DNA from: a bacterium
Lineage (GTDB): Bacteria; JADJOY01
Assembly: GCA_046331705.1 (NCBI GenBank)
Contig: JAXLQJ010000004.1
Span: 1 to 64,000 of the forward strand
Reading direction: 5' to 3'
Length of the DNA: 64,000 bases
Both the position numbers and the translations under genes were made by a program. Shown here in pieces: positions 1 to 10,780 of this stretch (position 1 is its first letter; each line of letters begins with the position of its first letter). Below the pieces are notes generated by a model. That model was given only the letters and a program-made list of their open reading frames with translations. It was not told the DNA's origin and searched no databases.

Positions 1-168
1 GAGCCGCCGGCGGCCGCGCACCACGGCGGAGGCTGTGCCGTCGCGGGCTCGGCCGCGACGGCGGTGCCGAGCGCGGCGGCGGCGCTGCTCGGGGTGAGCT
101 GGATGCTCGCGAATCGCCGCGGATGCCGTGCCCGACGTTCCTTGCGAAACGCTGCTCGCATGAGGTAG
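1..168 (+). CDS. 3' end of a surface protein with a MYXO-CTERM-like sorting tail (truncated by window)
   Basis: Frame 1 reads EPPAAAHHGGGCAVAGSAATAVPSAAAALLGVSWMLANRRGCRARR..MR* (TAG 166-168): GGGC motif, hydrophobic helix, Arg-rich end. Confidence 0.6.
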   Translation, partial: EPPAAAHHGGGCAVAGSAATAVPSAAAALLGVSWMLANRRGCRARRSLRNAARMR

Positions 169-226
169 ACGCGTCGAGCAGGCCCGTCGTCGCGATTCGA
201 ATGCCGCCGTCCCTCGGGGAAAGACC

Positions 227-1222
227 ATGTCGACCAGTCCCACGATTCTCGTCGTCGACGACAACCGCGCCGTGCTGGCCGCGCTCAAGTCCGCGCTCGA
301 GGACGCCGGATTCAAGGTGCTCACCGCGGACGACGGCGACCGCGCCGTGGGCGTCATCGTCAAACAGAAGCCCGACCTCATCATCTCCGACATCCAGATG
401 CCGAACCTGGACGGGTTCTTCCTGTGTCAGATCGTACGCTCGCGCCCGGAGACGCGCTCGATCCCGTTCATCTTCCTCACCGCCCTCGACGCGCCCCCCA
501 AGCGCGCCCACGGCTTCAAGATCGGCGCGGACGACTTCATCCCCAAGCCCTTCGATCGCGACGAAGTCGTGATGCGCGTGAAGAACGTGCTCAAGAAATC
601 GGCGGTCCCCACGGCCGCGGCACCCAGCGCCGCGGATCCAGCCGAGCCCCGCACGGAGACGCTCCGCGGCTCGGTTGCCGAGTTCCCGCTCTCCGACCTG
701 TTGCAGATGGTGAACCTGAACCAGAAGAGCGGTCGCATTCATCTGCAGCGCGCCGACGGCGCGAGCGAGCAGGGCTACATCGAGGTGGCACCGGGCATCG
801 TGCTCTCCGCCGTCGCGGGACGGCAGATCGGGCTCAAGGGATTCTGCCGGCTCTTCACCTGGCGGGACGCGAGCTTCCGCATCGAGTACGCGAAGCCGGG
901 TGCGACGAGCGCGGCGACCGCCGGGCCGGACCTCGGTCCGATCGAGGAGCTCACCATGACCGCGCTCTTCCAGCGCATCGAATACGACGCGCTGGTCACG
1001 AAGCTCGGCGGGCTGGCGCTCGAGATCGAGGAAGATCCCGAGCACGAGGTTCCCGAGAGCGAGATCGACGCCAACGGGAAGTACGTGCTGCTCTTGATCC
1101 AGCGTCACCGCGGGCTCGCCAACGTCGTCGAGGAATCCGGCCTCACCGATCTGGACACGCTCAAGGCGGTGTCGCAGCTCGTGTCGATGGGCGTGCTGCG
1201 GAAGTGGGACGCGCGGAAGTAG
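227..1222 (+). CDS. Response regulator with receiver and DUF4388 (PatA-N-like) domains
   Basis: ILVVDD, IISDIQMP and KPF receiver motifs; LRGSVAEFPLSDLLQMVNLNQKSGRIHL is typical of DUF4388. Confidence 0.85.
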   Translation: MSTSPTILVVDDNRAVLAALKSALEDAGFKVLTADDGDRAVGVIVKQKPDLIISDIQMPNLDGFFLCQIVRSRPETRSIPFIFLTALDAPPKRAHGFKIGADDFIPKPFDRDEVVMRVKNVLKKSAVPTAAAPSAADPAEPRTETLRGSVAEFPLSDLLQMVNLNQKSGRIHLQRADGASEQGYIEVAPGIVLSAVAGRQIGLKGFCRLFTWRDASFRIEYAKPGATSAATAGPDLGPIEELTMTALFQRIEYDALVTKLGGLALEIEEDPEHEVPESEIDANGKYVLLLIQRHRGLANVVEESGLTDLDTLKAVSQLVSMGVLRKWDARK

Positions 1223-1366
1223 GCGAGCGCGCGGCGTCGCTCGTCCGGGGTGACGCTCCCCTTCGACCCACGGCGTGAGGCCGGTGACGGCGACCGGCGC
1301 GTCGCGGCCGGCGCGCGGCTGCGTGCGAGTCGGGCGGCGGGCTCGACCCGGACCCGACGGATCCGT

Positions 1367-2503
1367 TCAGAACATGAACCGGCGCATGCTGACGTTGCAG
1401 AGCAGGCCGACGATCAGGAACGTCGTGGTGAGGAACGTGCCGCCGTAGCTCAGGAACGGCAGCGGCACGCCCACCACCGGCAACGAGCCGGTCACCATGT
1501 TCACGTTCACCACCACGTGCCAGAAGAGGATCGACGTCAAGCCCACGGCGAGGAAGGCACCGAAGCGGTCCTTGGCGCGTTGCGCGATCGCCAGCCCGCG
1601 CAGCAGCAAGCCGAGATAGAGCCCGACGACGGCCATGCAGCCGAACCAGCCCCGTTCCTCGGCCAGCACCGAGAAGATGAAGTCGGTGTGGTGCTCCGGG
1701 AGGAACTGAAGCGTTCCCTGCGTTCCCTGCAGGAACCCCTTGCCGGTGAGGCGGCCGGATCCGACGGCGATCTTCGATTGGATGATGTGGTACCCAGTGC
1801 CCTTCGGATCGCGCTCCGGATCGAGGAAGGTCCGCACGCGATCCTTCTGGTAGTCCTTGAGCACGTAGTTCCACGCGACGGGGACCGCCAGCGTGCCGAC
1901 GAGCGCCAGCAGCACCAGGGACTTCCAGCGGATCCCCACGCACAGCAGCACGCTCATCCCGACGAACGTGATCAGCATGGCGGTGCCCAGATCGGGCTGC
2001 GTGACCACCAGCACCATGGGGATCGCCACGATCCCGAACGGAACCACCAGCTCGCGCAGGTAATAGCCGCGCTCGTCGTCGGGCTCGCGCTTCGCGAAGT
2101 AGCGCGCGAGCGCGAACACCACCAGCATCTTCATCGACTCGGAGGGCTGGAAGGCGATGGGGCCGAAGTCGATCCAGCGCGTCGCGCCACTGCGAGTCTC
2201 ACCCACCAAGTGGACGAGCACGAGCAGCACGACGCCCACTCCGTAGAGCAGGAACGCGTAGGTCTCCACGTGACGGTAATCCACCATCATCGCCACGAGC
2301 ATGACCACCAGTGAGAGACCGAAGAAGATGAGCTGCTTGCGCACGATTCCCGGGAGCCAGGTGGCCAGGTCGGCGAAGCTCCACGGGTCGCGCGGTCCCG
2401 TGTAGGTGGCGCTCAGGAGCACCGTGAATCCCGCGCCGGCGAGCGCCAACGCCAGCGCGATGAGCGGCCAGTCGACCTTCGCGAGCAAGCGCTTGCGGTT
2501 CAC
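1367..2503 (-). CDS. rodA: Rod shape-determining SEDS protein RodA
   Basis: GATRW, FQPSE, QPDLGTA, GYHIIQSKIAVGSG, LPEHHTDFIF and PFLSYGG motifs; likely GTG start at 2503 right after the mrdA stop. Confidence 0.95.
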   Translation of the reverse strand: MNRKRLLAKVDWPLIALALALAGAGFTVLLSATYTGPRDPWSFADLATWLPGIVRKQLIFFGLSLVVMLVAMMVDYRHVETYAFLLYGVGVVLLVLVHLVGETRSGATRWIDFGPIAFQPSESMKMLVVFALARYFAKREPDDERGYYLRELVVPFGIVAIPMVLVVTQPDLGTAMLITFVGMSVLLCVGIRWKSLVLLALVGTLAVPVAWNYVLKDYQKDRVRTFLDPERDPKGTGYHIIQSKIAVGSGRLTGKGFLQGTQGTLQFLPEHHTDFIFSVLAEERGWFGCMAVVGLYLGLLLRGLAIAQRAKDRFGAFLAVGLTSILFWHVVVNVNMVTGSLPVVGVPLPFLSYGGTFLTTTFLIVGLLCNVSMRRFMF

Positions 2504-2504
2504 G

Positions 2505-4673
2505 TCAGTGCCCCTCCCCTGGCGAGCCACCGAGCACCACCATCGACGGCGGCGCGCCGCCCACCACGTTGCTCGGCGGGGCCACCAGCGCGAGCCGAGC
2601 CGGCGCACGAGCGGCCGGCGTCCGAGCAGCCGGCGAGGCTGCCGCCACCGCGCCGGAGGGCGCCGGTGACGTCGCGGGCGTCGCCGCGCTGGAGGGCGCA
2701 GAGGCGAGCGTGGTCGGCACGAGATCCCGGCGTGGCACCGTCACCGCATCCGGCTGCTGCTTCGACTCGAGGTAGGCCTCGATCACGGCCTTCGCCACCG
2801 GCGCGGCGGCGCTGCCGCCGTGTCCGCCGTGCTCGACCAGCACCGCGACCGCGATCTCGGGATGATCGGCGGGGGCGTAGCAGACGAACCACGCGTGGTC
2901 TCGGTACTGCTTCTCGATGTGCTCCTCGTCCTCGCCCTTGCGCAGCCCACGCACCTGCGCGGTACCGGTCTTGCCGGCCACCGTGATGCCGTGAATGCGC
3001 GCCTTCTTGCCGGTGCCGCGCTCGCTCTCGACCACGTCGCGCAGCCCGGCGCGCACCACCTCGAGGTTGCGTGGGTGCGCCTCGAATCGATCCAGGACCT
3101 CGGGCTCGAGCTGGTCGTCGATGCGTCCGTCGTAGGTCTGGAACGAGCGCACGAAGTGCGGGCGGTAACGCGTGCCGCCGTTGGCGATCACGGCCGCCAT
3201 CACCGCCTGCTGCAACGGCGTGACCGCCACGTAGCCCTGCCCGATCGCGACGCTCAGGGTCTCGCCGGGGTACCAATCACTCTTGAACGTGGCGCGCTTC
3301 CACGACGTGCTGGGGATCAAACCCGCCTTCTCGATCGGGCGCCCGCGCCCGTCCTGGATGCCGATCTCGGTCGGCACGCCGAGGCCGAAGCGATTCGCCC
3401 ACTTCGCGATTCGATCCACGCCCAGATCGATGCCGGCCCGATAGAAGTACGTGTCGCACGATTCGACGATGGCGCGGTGCAGGTCCACGGATCCGTGACC
3501 CGAGTGGCGCCAGCAACGGAAGAATCGGCCGCCGAACTGCAGCCCGCCCGGGCAGAACACCGCGTTCTCGGGACGCATGGTGCCTTCCTCGAGCGCGGCG
3601 AGGGCCATGACGATCTTGAAGGTCGAGCCGGGCGGGAACCGGCCTTGGATGGGGCGATTCAGCATCGGCTTGCGCTTGTCGGTCATGAGCGACCGCCAGG
3701 CGTCCCGCGTGATCCCGTCGGAGAACGCGTTGGGGTCGAAGGTGGGCTTGCTCACCCACGCGAGCACCTCGCCGGTGTTCACGTCGAGCGCGACGACCGA
3801 GCCGTCCTCCTCGCCCATCGCTTCCTCGGCGCGACGCTGGACCTCCGCGTCGAGGGTGAGCACGACGTTGTGTCCGGGCTTGGGCGCGTCCTCGCCCAGG
3901 CTCGAGAGCTCGCGTCCCTGTGCGTCGACCACCAGGTGGCGCACGCCGTTCACGCCCCGCAGCTGGTCCTCGAGGCGCCGCTCGATGCCGAGCATGCCGA
4001 TGAGGTCGCCCGGGCGGTAGCCGGAGCTGGTGCGGCGCTCGAGCTCTTCCTTGCCGATCTCGCCGACGTAACCGAGCAGGCTCGAGAGCAGCGGCCCTTC
4101 CAGGTAGTGGCGCAGCGCGTGCACCGTGATCTCGACACCCGGCAGCTCGCTCGAGTGGGTGACCACCGCCGCCAGCTCCTCGCGCGCGACGTTCTCCTTG
4201 AGGACGATGGGATCGAACGGGCTGCGCCGTTGCTGCGCGCGGATCCGCTTCTCGAGCTCGCTCGCGTCCATCTGGAGCAGCACCGAGAGGTACGCCACGG
4301 TCTGATCGAGATCCTCGACGTCCTCGGGCGTGACCGTGACGTCGTAGCGCGGGAACGAATCGACGAGGATCCGACCCTTGCGGTCGAAGATGATGCCGCG
4401 CGGCGCCGCCACGTCGCGCTCGCGGATCCGGTTGTTCCGCGAGAGCTCGAGGAAGTGCTCGCCGCGAATGCCCTGCAGGTACCAGAGCCGGATCGCGATC
4501 AACGCGAACGCCGCGAACATCGCGACGTAGAGCAGGCGAAAGTGGCCCTTGGGCCGCTGCGGCTCCTGCGTCGCGAGCCCCAGCAGACCGAGCGCGTCCT
4601 CAACCAGCCCAACGCTCTTCGAAGGGCGGCGATAGTCGCGCAAGAAGCCGAGTGAGCGGTCCGAAGGCGGCAA
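2505..4673 (-). CDS. mrdA: Penicillin-binding protein 2
   Basis: RLWYLQ TM anchor, APRGIIFDR, PGSTFK (SxxK), SCD and KTGT motifs; Ala/Pro-rich C-terminal tail; start uncertain (overlaps mreD end). Confidence 0.95.
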   Translation of the reverse strand: MPPSDRSLGFLRDYRRPSKSVGLVEDALGLLGLATQEPQRPKGHFRLLYVAMFAAFALIAIRLWYLQGIRGEHFLELSRNNRIRERDVAAPRGIIFDRKGRILVDSFPRYDVTVTPEDVEDLDQTVAYLSVLLQMDASELEKRIRAQQRRSPFDPIVLKENVAREELAAVVTHSSELPGVEITVHALRHYLEGPLLSSLLGYVGEIGKEELERRTSSGYRPGDLIGMLGIERRLEDQLRGVNGVRHLVVDAQGRELSSLGEDAPKPGHNVVLTLDAEVQRRAEEAMGEEDGSVVALDVNTGEVLAWVSKPTFDPNAFSDGITRDAWRSLMTDKRKPMLNRPIQGRFPPGSTFKIVMALAALEEGTMRPENAVFCPGGLQFGGRFFRCWRHSGHGSVDLHRAIVESCDTYFYRAGIDLGVDRIAKWANRFGLGVPTEIGIQDGRGRPIEKAGLIPSTSWKRATFKSDWYPGETLSVAIGQGYVAVTPLQQAVMAAVIANGGTRYRPHFVRSFQTYDGRIDDQLEPEVLDRFEAHPRNLEVVRAGLRDVVESERGTGKKARIHGITVAGKTGTAQVRGLRKGEDEEHIEKQYRDHAWFVCYAPADHPEIAVAVLVEHGGHGGSAAAPVAKAVIEAYLESKQQPDAVTVPRRDLVPTTLASAPSSAATPATSPAPSGAVAAASPAARTPAARAPARLALVAPPSNVVGGAPPSMVVLGGSPGEGH

Positions 4674-5115
4674 CGAACAATGCTCCCGTGGCGAGTGTAG
4701 AAGGAATCAGGTCGCGCAGCACCATGAGCGCGACCCCTCCATCCGGATCGTAGAGACGAAGCAGCAGCACCGACACCAAGCCGCGAAAGGCGAGCAACAA
4801 CCAGCCGATGGCGGAGCGAGCCAGGACGTTGCCGAGGAAGACCCGATTCACGAGCCCGACCGCCAACGTGAACATCGCCGTGAGGCTCACCAGCTCGAGC
4901 CCCACCAGGCCCCCGCCGAGGATGTCGAGCATCGACGCGAGCAGAAACGTGACCACCAATCCCTCGAACGGATCGCCGCCCTTGAGCGCCAACGTCAGCA
5001 CGATCACCGCCACCGCGTCGGGACGAAAGGGACCGAAGGGGATCAGCGGCGTCAAGCTGATCTCGAGCATGAGCACGAGCCAGCCCAGGATCACCAGCAC
5101 GAGGCCGCGGCTCAC
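4600..5115 (-). CDS. mreD: Rod shape-determining protein MreD
   Basis: Hydrophobic ~170 aa ORF (RPDAVAV..GL) between mreC and mrdA; its GTG overlaps the mreC TGA. Confidence 0.85.
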   Translation of the reverse strand: MSRGLVLVILGWLVLMLEISLTPLIPFGPFRPDAVAVIVLTLALKGGDPFEGLVVTFLLASMLDILGGGLVGLELVSLTAMFTLAVGLVNRVFLGNVLARSAIGWLLLAFRGLVSVLLLRLYDPDGGVALMVLRDLIPSTLATGALFVAAFGPLTRLLARLSPPFEERWAG

Positions 5116-5957
5116 GGCGCCGCCTGCGCGCCGCCGCGGTCGAGTGAGGTCACCACCAGGACCTCCTCGAGCCGACGGAAGTCGACGGCGGGCTCGAGAT
5201 CGGCCTTCTGGAAGAGGCCGAACGGCGCGGACTCGACGCGCGCGACGGTGCCGATGCGCAGCCCCTTGGGAAAGATCCCACCGAAGCCCGAGGTGATGAT
5301 GAGATCGCCCGCGCGGACGTCCTCGCGACGCTCCAGATAATCGAGGCTCGCGAGCGGCCCGCCACGGCCGCGCACCGCCGTCTTGGCGCGGGTGCGCTGC
5401 ACCAGCCCGTCCACGGCGCTGCGGTGATCGACGATCAACAGCACCCGGCTGGTGGTGTCGCCGAGCTCGCTCACCTTCCCCACCACTCCCGCCTCGGTCA
5501 CCACCGCCGCGTTGCGGTGGATGCCGTCCTGGCGGCCCTTGTCGATGAGCAACGTCCGGCTCTCGGCGCGCAGGTCCTCGCCGATCACCTCGGCCGCGAC
5601 GCTCGGCAGCGCGGCGCGCTCCTGGAAGCCGAGCAGCGCGCGCAGCCGCTCGTTGGCCGCCGACTCCTCGGCGGCGCGGAGCTGGTCTGCCTTGAGCGCG
5701 GCGAGCGTGACCCGCAGCACCCGGTTCTCCTCCTCGAGGTCGGCGAGACGACGGTAGCGCGCCAGCGCCGAACGCACGCTCCCGTGCAGCCAATGAGACG
5801 CCTCGAGCACCGGGCTCGACACCAGCAGCACGGCCCGCTCCCAGGGATTCAACTCGTGGCGTCCCTCGATCGACGAGGCGAGCGAGCTCAGCCCGAGGCC
5901 GATCGCGAGCGCCGCGACCAGCAACGAGCGCCGCCGTCGCACGAATCCGAATGCCAC
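5112..5957 (-). CDS. mreC: Rod shape-determining protein MreC
   Basis: TM, coiled coil (LEEENRVLR, ANERLRALL), IDKGRQDG, TSGFGGIFPKGL, VDFRRLEEV. Confidence 0.95.
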   Translation of the reverse strand: MAFGFVRRRRSLLVAALAIGLGLSSLASSIEGRHELNPWERAVLLVSSPVLEASHWLHGSVRSALARYRRLADLEEENRVLRVTLAALKADQLRAAEESAANERLRALLGFQERAALPSVAAEVIGEDLRAESRTLLIDKGRQDGIHRNAAVVTEAGVVGKVSELGDTTSRVLLIVDHRSAVDGLVQRTRAKTAVRGRGGPLASLDYLERREDVRAGDLIITSGFGGIFPKGLRIGTVARVESAPFGLFQKADLEPAVDFRRLEEVLVVTSLDRGGAQAAP

Positions 5958-6072
5958 TCGGCCCTTCTCCTCAGCGGCTCACGGACGGTGCCTGGACGCC
6001 GCACGCGCACCGTGGCGTCCCCTGGCCGTCTCGCCACCGCCCTCTCGGTCTCGCCGCCACCATCCTCGCCCC

Positions 6073-7272
<1,200 letters not shown>

Positions 7273-7337
7273 TCAACGCGATTTTCCGCGGCTTTTTCGT
7301 GGTTTTGCGAATGATTCGCGAACGCCGTGCGCATTCC

Positions 7338-7367
7338 TTGCCAGGCGTTTTCGCGCACCGCTAATCT
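7338..7367 (+). promoter_or_regulatory. Candidate sigma70 promoter for ppiD
   Basis: TTGCCA (7338-7343), 18-nt spacer, TAATCT (7362-7367) in the AT-richer divergent mreB/ppiD gap. Confidence 0.35.
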
Positions 7368-7405
7368 CCGCGGCCGCTTTTCTCGCGGCTGAGAAAGGGA
7401 TTGCC

Positions 7406-9358
7406 TTGCTCGACTATTTCCGCAAGCACGCCAAGTCGCGTGCGGTGAAGGCGTTCTACATCGTCATCTCGTTGACCTTCATCGCCGGCTTCGGCGGGCT
7501 CTTGCGCGCGTCGTCGTGCAGCGACAAGCCGACCGACCCCGGGGTGGTCGCGACGGTGGCCGGCAAGCCAATCCACGCGCGCGAGGTCCAGCGCGCCGCC
7601 GAGGCGATCCGGGAGGAGATCGAAGCCCAGATGGGTGGGAACGTCGATCCCAAGATGCTCAAGATGTTCCGGATCAACACCCAGGCCGTCGATCAGCTCG
7701 TCAACGAGGCGTTGCTGCTCGAGGGCGCCAAGCGGGCGAACATCCGGATCTCGGACGCGGACGTCGTGCAGGCCATCCGCGAGAGCCGCTTCTTCCGCCG
7801 CGACGACGGCTCGTTCTCCCCCGAGAAGTACCATTCGCTGCTCAAGGCGAACGGCCTGAGCGCGGCCGGATACGAGGACGACGAGCGCCGTCGGCTCGCC
7901 CTCGGGCGGCTGCTGAGGCTCGCCGGCGGCAGCGTGATCGTGAGCGACGCCGCTGCCGAGGAGCGATACCGATTGAGCAACGAGCGCCTCGAGCTCGCGT
8001 ATCTGCTCTTCGATCCCGCCAAGCTCGAGGATGGCATCGCCGAGCCGGACGCCGGCACGCTCCAGACGTTCTTCGAGGGCCACCGCGATCAGTTCGAGGA
8101 TCCCGCGCGCGTGAAGGTCGCGTTCCTCACGGTCGATCCCAAGGCGATCGAGCCGGACGTGAAGATCGAGGACGACGACATCCGCGCGCGCTACGAGCGG
8201 GACGCGAAGCGCTACGAGCAGCCGGAGAGCGTCGCGGCGCGCCACATCCTGGTGGCTGTCGCGCCCACCGCCAACGAGGAAGAGGTGGCGCTCGCCGAGG
8301 CCAAGGCGGCGGACATCCTGGCGCGGCTCCAGGCCGGCGCGGACTTCGCCGAGGAAGCGAAGCGCAGCTCCGACGACCCCAGCAACAAGGATCGCGGCGG
8401 AGACCTGGGCTCCTTCCCTCGGGGGCGCATGGACAAGGCCTTCGAGGACGCGGCGTTCGGTGCCGAGATCGGCAAGCTCGTAGGGCCGGTACGGTCGCAG
8501 TTCGGATTTCACGTCATCCGCGTCGACCGGCACGATGCCGAGCGTACGATCCCCCTCGACCAGGTGTCCGAGGTGATCCGCAAGACGCTGGTCAGCGAGA
8601 AGGCACAGCGGCTCGCCGAAGCCCGCGCCAACGCGCTCCTGAAGGAGATCCTCACCCGTGGCGCCGGCACCGACTGGAAGGCGCTCGCCGAGGAAAAGAA
8701 GATCGGCTACGGCGAGGGCGGACCGGCGGCTTCGGGCGAGCCGATCGACGGCGCGCGGCAGCTCACCGAGGCAGCCCTCAAGCTCAAGGTCGGTGAGTGG
8801 ACCGAGCCGGTCCGCACCGGCAAGGGCTTCCAGCTCGCCCTCGTGCTCGAACGACAGGAGAAGCGTGCGCTCGGCCTCGACGAGGCACACGACGCGGTGG
8901 TGAAGGCGTATCGAAAGAGCGAGGCAGCGGCCACCGCGCGCAAGATGGCCGAGGAGGCGCGCGCGAAGCTGGCGTCCGGCATGCCCATCGAGACCGTGGC
9001 GGAGCAGTCCGCGCTCACGGTCCAGACGACCGGCCCGCTGGCGCTCACCTTCGCGTCCATCCCGTCGCTCGGCGCCGAGCCCGCGCTGATCGGCGAAGCG
9101 CAGATGCTCAACGAGAGCCGGCGCGTGGCGAATCAGGTGGTGGAGGCGAACGGCAAGGCCGTGGTGCTCGCGTTCGCCAAGCGTACCGAGGCCGATCAGG
9201 GCGACCCCACCAAGCGCAAGGACGGGATCGAGCAGACCAAACGACAGATGGAAGCCGAGCAGCAGCAGCGCGTGCGCGCGGCGCTGATCGACAAGCTCAA
9301 GACCGAGGTCGAGATCTCCTACAACGACGCGCTCATGAAAGAGCTCGCGGACGAGTGA
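7406..9358 (+). CDS. ppiD: PpiD-like peptidyl-prolyl isomerase/chaperone (SurA_N plus rotamase)
   Basis: MLDYFRK N-terminal anchor, VATVAG, ARHIL, SDDPSNKDRGGDLG, SQFGFHVI. Confidence 0.88.
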   Translation: MLDYFRKHAKSRAVKAFYIVISLTFIAGFGGLLRASSCSDKPTDPGVVATVAGKPIHAREVQRAAEAIREEIEAQMGGNVDPKMLKMFRINTQAVDQLVNEALLLEGAKRANIRISDADVVQAIRESRFFRRDDGSFSPEKYHSLLKANGLSAAGYEDDERRRLALGRLLRLAGGSVIVSDAAAEERYRLSNERLELAYLLFDPAKLEDGIAEPDAGTLQTFFEGHRDQFEDPARVKVAFLTVDPKAIEPDVKIEDDDIRARYERDAKRYEQPESVAARHILVAVAPTANEEEVALAEAKAADILARLQAGADFAEEAKRSSDDPSNKDRGGDLGSFPRGRMDKAFEDAAFGAEIGKLVGPVRSQFGFHVIRVDRHDAERTIPLDQVSEVIRKTLVSEKAQRLAEARANALLKEILTRGAGTDWKALAEEKKIGYGEGGPAASGEPIDGARQLTEAALKLKVGEWTEPVRTGKGFQLALVLERQEKRALGLDEAHDAVVKAYRKSEAAATARKMAEEARAKLASGMPIETVAEQSALTVQTTGPLALTFASIPSLGAEPALIGEAQMLNESRRVANQVVEANGKAVVLAFAKRTEADQGDPTKRKDGIEQTKRQMEAEQQQRVRAALIDKLKTEVEISYNDALMKELADE

Positions 9359-9367
9359 ACGCGGGCG

Positions 9368-9997
9368 TCACGCGCCGGGGGACTCGAGCTCGACCGGCCC
9401 CGTGAGCACGACCGCCGCGATGCAGTCCTGACCGGGCAGCACCACGAAATGGTGCGCCGTTCCCGCGGCGCCGAGGACGGAGTCGCCCGCATCGGCGCTC
9501 GAGCCGTCGTCGAAGCGCACGCCACCTTGGAGCATCAGGAACCGTTCCTCGCCCAAGTGGCGATGGCGCGGGTAGCGGCTGCCGGGCGGCATGCGGATCA
9601 GGCTCGCGATGCCGCCTTCCCGTCGCGGCCCGGGCGACACGAGTAGCAGCGTCGCGCGCGGCACCACGGCGTCCGCGACCCACGCGGACGGCTCGTCGAT
9701 CCGTCCCAGCACTCGCTCCGCCTCGTCCGGCGCGACGTCGAAGAGTCCGGCAACGCGGTCCACGAACGGCCAGAAGCGCTTGCTCCCACGCACCGCCGCG
9801 CTCAAGCGCTCGCGCAACGCGGCGGGTGGAGGCGTGGCGCGCAGATCGAGGGCGAGGCCGCCCATCGTCCGCTGCGTGCGAACCAGCTCCTCGCGGCAAG
9901 CGTCGCAGCTCGCGACGTGCTCCTCGAGCGTGACGCGCTCCCCGGGCGCCAGGGTGCCGAGCGCGAGCTCGACGAGTCGATCACCGAGGTGGTTCAT
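9368..9997 (-). CDS. ChrR-like anti-sigma factor (ZAS zinc finger plus cupin)
   Basis: HVASCDAC (HxxxCxxC) at N-terminus; cupin motifs YPRHRHLGEE and GTAHH; directly downstream of the ECF sigma. Confidence 0.8.
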   Translation of the reverse strand: MNHLGDRLVELALGTLAPGERVTLEEHVASCDACREELVRTQRTMGGLALDLRATPPPAALRERLSAAVRGSKRFWPFVDRVAGLFDVAPDEAERVLGRIDEPSAWVADAVVPRATLLLVSPGPRREGGIASLIRMPPGSRYPRHRHLGEERFLMLQGGVRFDDGSSADAGDSVLGAAGTAHHFVVLPGQDCIAAVVLTGPVELESPGA

Positions 9998-10042
9998 CGG
10001 TCTCCCGCCCAGGCGCCGCACGAGACGAGCACCCGCAGCCGA

Positions 10043-10699
10043 TCACAGGGGATCGACCGCATCCGCGAGGATCGCGCGCAATGCGAGGGTTCCCTGGCGC
10101 ATCCAGGTCTTCACGGTGCCCACCGGCACCGCGAGGCGCGCGGCGATCTCCGTTTGCGACAGGCCCTCGAAGTACGCGATCTCGAGCACCTCGCGATGGC
10201 GCGGCTTGAGCCCCGCGAGCGCGGCGCGAACCAGGCGGCTGCGTTCGGCACCCAGCGCTTCGTGCACCGGGTCCGCGGGCGGTGCCGTGCGGGGCTCGGC
10301 CTCGGCCTGGGTCTCGGCGCGATGGCGGGACGACAGTGCCCGGTAGCGATCCAGCGCACGACTGCGCGCCATGTTGAGCAGCCAAGCGAGCACCGTTCCG
10401 CGCGTGGGATCGTAGGTCGCCGCACGACGCCAGGCTTGCAGCCACGCCTCCTGCAGCACCTCGTCGGCATCCGCGCTGCGCCCCACGATCCGCAGCACGA
10501 GCGGATACACCGCGCTCGCGTGCCGATCGTAGAGCCGCTCGAACGCGGCCGCATCGCCGCGCGCCATTCGCCGCACCCACTCGCCATCCTCCGCGACCTC
10601 TCGCACCGCCTCCGGCTGGTGCTCCGGCGGACGGGCATCGAGGGCGTCTTGCTCCCTATACGTCACGGATTCCGCTTCGGATTCTCGGCTCTCGACCAT
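10043..10699 (-). CDS. ECF RNA polymerase sigma factor
   Basis: GDAAAFERLYD, region 2 EVLQEAWLQAW, region 4 YFEGLSQTEIA..GTVKTWMR. Confidence 0.92.
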   Translation of the reverse strand: MVESRESEAESVTYREQDALDARPPEHQPEAVREVAEDGEWVRRMARGDAAAFERLYDRHASAVYPLVLRIVGRSADADEVLQEAWLQAWRRAATYDPTRGTVLAWLLNMARSRALDRYRALSSRHRAETQAEAEPRTAPPADPVHEALGAERSRLVRAALAGLKPRHREVLEIAYFEGLSQTEIAARLAVPVGTVKTWMRQGTLALRAILADAVDPL

Positions 10700-10780
10700 G
10701 CGCGTGCCTTCACCGGGATCCTGCCAGGCCGGGGCCGAGCGCCGCAAGCGGGGCTCGCCGACAAGCCGTCGCAGCGACGC

